Shown: positions 53,012-56,072 of the stretch, piece by piece
Layout: the number at the start of each line of letters is the position of its first letter
How positions within the stretch are numbered: position 1 is the stretch's first letter
Source: Oscillospiraceae bacterium
GTDB lineage: Bacteria; Bacillota; Clostridia; Oscillospirales; CAG-272
Reading direction: 5' to 3'
Length of the DNA stretch: 56,072 bases
Assembly: GCA_015064525.1 (NCBI GenBank)
Contig: SVSC01000001.1
Coordinates: 1-56,072, forward strand
Position numbers and translations under genes: made by a program
Notes under the pieces: generated by a model
Database searches by the model: none
Seen by the model: the letters and a program-made list of their open reading frames with translations, nothing else
Told to the model about the DNA's origin: nothing

Positions 53012-53677
53012 ATGAAGGTTTTATTTATCGGCAATAGCGCAACCTATGTTCATGAAATTCCCAAAACGCTGGAGCGTTTGGCACTGGCTGCGGGGGAGGT
53101 TTTGGAGGTTGAGCAGATCACGGCGGGAGGTTTGGAGCTTTCTCAACACGCCGACCCTCAATCCGTCCACGGGAAAAAGGTAATCGAAGCGCTCGACCGC
53201 TGCTTTGACTATGTTTTCTTGCAGGAGCATGGCAATTGCATCATCAGCGACGAAAAGCGTATGGCGTGCGCCAATGCCTGCCGCAGACTGATCCAAAAAG
53301 TACGTGCGAGCGGTGCCACTCCGGGCTTTTACGTGCGTCCTCCCTACGGAAAGGACAACGGCGGCTACAACCCCCTCGCTCAATGCGAAAGGCTGGATGC
53401 GCTGTTTGGTGAGCTTTCCCGCGAAAACGGCGGTATTCTTTGCGTTCATGCCAACCGACTGTTCGAGCGCGCCATTCGGGAAACATCGATCCCCATGTGG
53501 GGCGAGGACAACGGTCACACCTCCTTGCAGGGGGCTTACTTGATCGTATGCGGATTTTTCATTGCGTTGTTTCACCGCTCGGCAACCTGCTTGGAAGCAA
53601 ACGGGCTGGACGAGTCGGACGCCAAGACCCTTCAGCACTTGGCGGATCGGGTGCATGCGGAGCTGCTTGCGCGGTGA
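53012..53677 (+). CDS. SGNH/GDSL-like hydrolase family protein (tentative)
   Basis: 221 aa from the ATG at 53012 (RBS ggagga). MKVLFIGNSATYVHEIP is typical of the SGNH block I region. Later blocks are less clear. Confidence 0.6.
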   Translation: MKVLFIGNSATYVHEIPKTLERLALAAGEVLEVEQITAGGLELSQHADPQSVHGKKVIEALDRCFDYVFLQEHGNCIISDEKRMACANACRRLIQKVRASGATPGFYVRPPYGKDNGGYNPLAQCERLDALFGELSRENGGILCVHANRLFERAIRETSIPMWGEDNGHTSLQGAYLIVCGFFIALFHRSATCLEANGLDESDAKTLQHLADRVHAELLAR

Positions 53678-53697
53678 AATGAAGAAAGCTGTCGGTT

Positions 53698-53737
53698 TAA
53701 AAAAAGAGCAGAGCGCGCGGCGCTCTGCTCTTTTTAT
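53698..53737. terminator. Bidirectional rho-independent terminator between convergent genes
   Basis: agagcagagcgc / gcgctctgctct 12-bp stem flanked by an A-run (53697..53704) and a T-run (53732..53735). Confidence 0.85.
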
Positions 53738-53755
53738 GCGGGATTGGGGTCTGTG

Positions 53756-55792
53756 TTAAAACACGGCAGGGTCGATGGAATAGCCGTTTTTGACGGGCTT
53801 GACGCCGTATTCGGCTTTTTTCAGAAGGTCAAACAGTCGGTCACCGTCGATACCAACGCAGTTGTCCAAGCTGTCCAAAAGCTTTTGAGCGGAGGGATGA
53901 AAGACCGAGGTGGTCACGTAGATGCCTCGGCTGCCCTTTTGGGCGTGGAGGGCGCCGTAGAATTCCCGTACCTCTTTTTCGGTAACGTGCTGACTGCCCC
54001 TGCACTTGGCTTGCACCAGAATCTGCTCGGAAAAGCCAAGCTCGTCCACGGTGTGAACCTCCACGTCGATGCCTCCGTCGGCGCTTCCGCCGGGAATATT
54101 GCAGTAGGTCACGTTTCTGCCCGAGGTGAGAAAGTATTTTTCCAGGGCGTTGGCAAGGAAGCGCTCAAAAAAGCGACCGTCCCGCGCCACCAGCTGCTCC
54201 AGGAGCAGGCGCTTGCATTCCTGTTCGGGCATCACCTTTTCGGAGGTGATGGGCTTGACCGCGCACAGAACGCCGCCGTCGCCGTTCACGATCTCGCCCG
54301 AGGCGATCAGCTTTTCCACCACGCGCTCGGTGAGCTTTTGCAGGTCGCGATCATCCTGCGGGGAAGCGGTGGCGTTGGTTCCAAAGGTCTCCTCCAGCAA
54401 GCGGAACAGCTCGCGGCGGGGATATTTTTTCTTTTTCAGAAGGCGACGAACCGCCTCCTCGCATTCCGTTTCCTTCACCAGAATATGAGAGTCGTTTGCA
54501 AGGCGATGCTCGCCTCCGTTTTTGAGGATGGAGCCCTGCTGAATCAGGGAAGTCAACGCGCTTCCAACGTAGCTTCCTGTGCGAACGTAGCGGCTGTTCG
54601 GGGAGCGTTGATTCATTTCGGCGGGGGTGAGACCGTAGGTGGCAATGGCGCCGTCCAAAATGGCCTTTCGGGTGGCGTTGGGGTGAGCGGAGAGATACTT
54701 GATCACCGCCTCCGCAGCCCTTTGCGCCTCGGTCAGGTGAGGCTCCTCGGTTGCTTTTTTTGTGGCCTGCTTTTGCGTTTTTTGAAGGCTTGCGCGGTTG
54801 TCCTTTTGGTTGGTCTTTTCTTTTTTTGCCGTGGGAGCTTTTGGCTTTTCGGCATTCGTTGGAGTTCCCCTTGGCGCCTTTTTCAGGGAAATCATGTTCC
54901 CCTGCTTCACCGCCTCGCCGTTGTTGATCAGGTTGGTCAACACCTGCCCGATACGGGAGCGGAGGCGGACGGCGGGACTATCGGGGGAAGGATCCTTCAT
55001 TTCCGTCGGGCTGAGCCCGCACAACTCTATGGCGCCTGCCAGAATGGCTTGACGGGTTGAGGCGGGATGACGGGTGAGATAGGCCTTCACCGCCTGCAGC
55101 GCAGCCTCCCCCTCCTGCCGCTTGGTCATGGGGGCGGTCGATGAGGGCGTATTTTGGGAGGGCGCGGGGGCTTGCCGCTTTTGATTGGAAGCGGTTTTGG
55201 CGGGTCTTGCGGGGAGGACATTCTTCTTTTTTTGCGTTTTCTCGTTGCTTTTGCCGATGGGGGAGGCAGGCTGATCCTCTGCGTTCAGAGAATAGAGCAT
55301 CTGCTCCTTTTTCAAAACTCCCGACTCGGTTAGCGAGCGCATGGCTCGGCAGATTTCGTTTCGCAGCAGATTTTTGCGGCTGCGAGGAGATTCATCCCGC
55401 TTTTCGGCAGGGGTGAGCGAAAATTGCTCCAGCGCGCCGTCCAGCAGCTCCTTGCGGCTTACCTTGGAATGGTGCTTCAGGTAGGCGGTGACGGCGTTTT
55501 CCACCTTTTTTGGGTCGGCGGCTTCCACGGTGGGAAGGTTTTTTTGATGCTTCCCGACGGGAGCGGCTACTGTGTCCAACTCCTTTGCCACCGTATAGCG
55601 CAGACCCTTTCGGCAGATTTTCTTTTCCCGCAGTAAGGCGGTTAGTGTCTCCGAAAGCCGAGCCTCCTCAAGCCCGCATTGGGTGGCAACGCCTCGGAGC
55701 AACTGTGCTTTTCCGATGCTTGGATGGGCAACGAGGTATTGCAGAAGCGCCTCGCGAGCGCCATCTTCTCCGATTGTTTTCTGATTGAACAT
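53756..55792 (-). CDS. Mrr-type restriction endonuclease-domain protein with five tandem winged-helix-like N-terminal modules
   Basis: 678 aa from the ATG at 55792 (ggag 9 nt upstream). C-terminal PD-(D/E)xK Mrr-like core (GGIDVEV..ILVQAKC..REFYGAL..GIYVTTS). The N-terminus has 3 clearly homologous ~72-aa modules plus 2 diverged ones, separated by K/P/T/Q-rich linkers. Confidence 0.85.
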   Translation of the reverse strand: MFNQKTIGEDGAREALLQYLVAHPSIGKAQLLRGVATQCGLEEARLSETLTALLREKKICRKGLRYTVAKELDTVAAPVGKHQKNLPTVEAADPKKVENAVTAYLKHHSKVSRKELLDGALEQFSLTPAEKRDESPRSRKNLLRNEICRAMRSLTESGVLKKEQMLYSLNAEDQPASPIGKSNEKTQKKKNVLPARPAKTASNQKRQAPAPSQNTPSSTAPMTKRQEGEAALQAVKAYLTRHPASTRQAILAGAIELCGLSPTEMKDPSPDSPAVRLRSRIGQVLTNLINNGEAVKQGNMISLKKAPRGTPTNAEKPKAPTAKKEKTNQKDNRASLQKTQKQATKKATEEPHLTEAQRAAEAVIKYLSAHPNATRKAILDGAIATYGLTPAEMNQRSPNSRYVRTGSYVGSALTSLIQQGSILKNGGEHRLANDSHILVKETECEEAVRRLLKKKKYPRRELFRLLEETFGTNATASPQDDRDLQKLTERVVEKLIASGEIVNGDGGVLCAVKPITSEKVMPEQECKRLLLEQLVARDGRFFERFLANALEKYFLTSGRNVTYCNIPGGSADGGIDVEVHTVDELGFSEQILVQAKCRGSQHVTEKEVREFYGALHAQKGSRGIYVTTSVFHPSAQKLLDSLDNCVGIDGDRLFDLLKKAEYGVKPVKNGYSIDPAVF

Positions 55793-55947
55793 ATTGGTAC
55801 TCCGTTGTAACAGTCGTTTGTATTGCTGCATAATGATTTCTTTAAGTATAGCACATTTGAGCGGAAAAGTCAATACAAAGGCTTGCGCGAGGCGGATTTC
55901 ATGGCGAATCAATTGGAAAAGGCGCCCCGTGTTGCCACGGGGCGCCT

Positions 55948-56072
55948 CAGCTTGCTGACAAAGGGGTTAGCACTATCATTTTGACGAAAAGTTTTCGCCC
56001 GCCTTTTTCAAAAGGCGGCGCGGTGGAGGGCGCGGAGCCCTCCTCGCCCGTCGCAACGGGCGAAATTCCCCT
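55948..56072. repeat. Right copy of the hairpin-module repeat (inverted relative to 1..98), truncated by the window end
   Basis: 55948..56045 is the exact reverse complement of 1..98. Hairpins at 55999..56018, 56025..56043 and 56044..56063. A further unrelated 11-bp-stem hairpin at 55921..55946 mirrors the one at 100..125. Confidence 0.95.

Noticed and set aside
1-56072. Whether the inverted terminal repeats define a composite transposon, genomic island or prophage.
   Set aside because: The interior carries core housekeeping genes (cysS, nth, rnf, ymdB). It has no integrase, transposase, tRNA attachment site or phage genes. The repeat has a third internal copy. Dispersed REP/MITE-like repeats at an assembly break are the simpler explanation.

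Overview
This is a 56-kb chromosomal segment from what looks like a fairly GC-rich Clostridia-type Firmicute. That origin is inferred from the rnfCDGEAB gene order, ymdB, the ACT/UPF0210 pair, Cys-lipobox lipoproteins and near-consensus TTGACA-17-TATAAT promoters. I call about 40 protein-coding genes and saw no rRNA, tRNA, CRISPR array, transposase or integrase.

Layout:
- 0-12.6 kb is housekeeping: a Gfo/Idh/MocA oxidoreductase, ymdB, a flavin reductase, cysS, GtrA, a cysteine desulfurase with DUF3343, nth and the rnfCDGEAB operon.
- 14.4-30.3 kb is the standout. It is a single-promoter, single-terminator operon of three lipoproteins totalling about 5,200 aa. Gene 1 has InlB-B/Flg_new repeats plus two C-type lectin domains with EPN/WND sugar-site motifs. 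Gene 2 is a 3286-aa GLUG-type beta-solenoid built from 10 super-modules of about 230 aa. Gene 3 has 12 FN3-like modules.
- 30.3-30.9 kb is a non-coding tract holding a tandemly duplicated, hairpin-rich 203-bp element.
- 30.9-33.7 kb is an ECF sigma / membrane anti-sigma-like / VWA lipoprotein module.
- 34.0-42.5 kb is an Opp/Dpp-type ABC importer with three unusual decorations: a 741-aa binding protein, an RCC1-like 7-blade propeller inserted in the permease outer loop, and a ~190-aa coiled-coil-like arm inserted in one ATPase.
- 44.5-48.2 kb is a two-gene pair of ADP-ribosylglycohydrolase-fold proteins, one fused to an XRE HTH and one a secreted lipoprotein with a PKD domain.
- The remainder holds a CHAP amidase with a PT-rich stalk, small accessory genes, and an Mrr-type nuclease carrying five tandem winged-helix-like N-terminal modules.

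The window begins and ends in perfect inverted copies of a modular hairpin repeat, and a third diverged copy lies after rnfB.

All functional calls come from motif recognition by eye. No homology search, structure prediction or statistics could be run.
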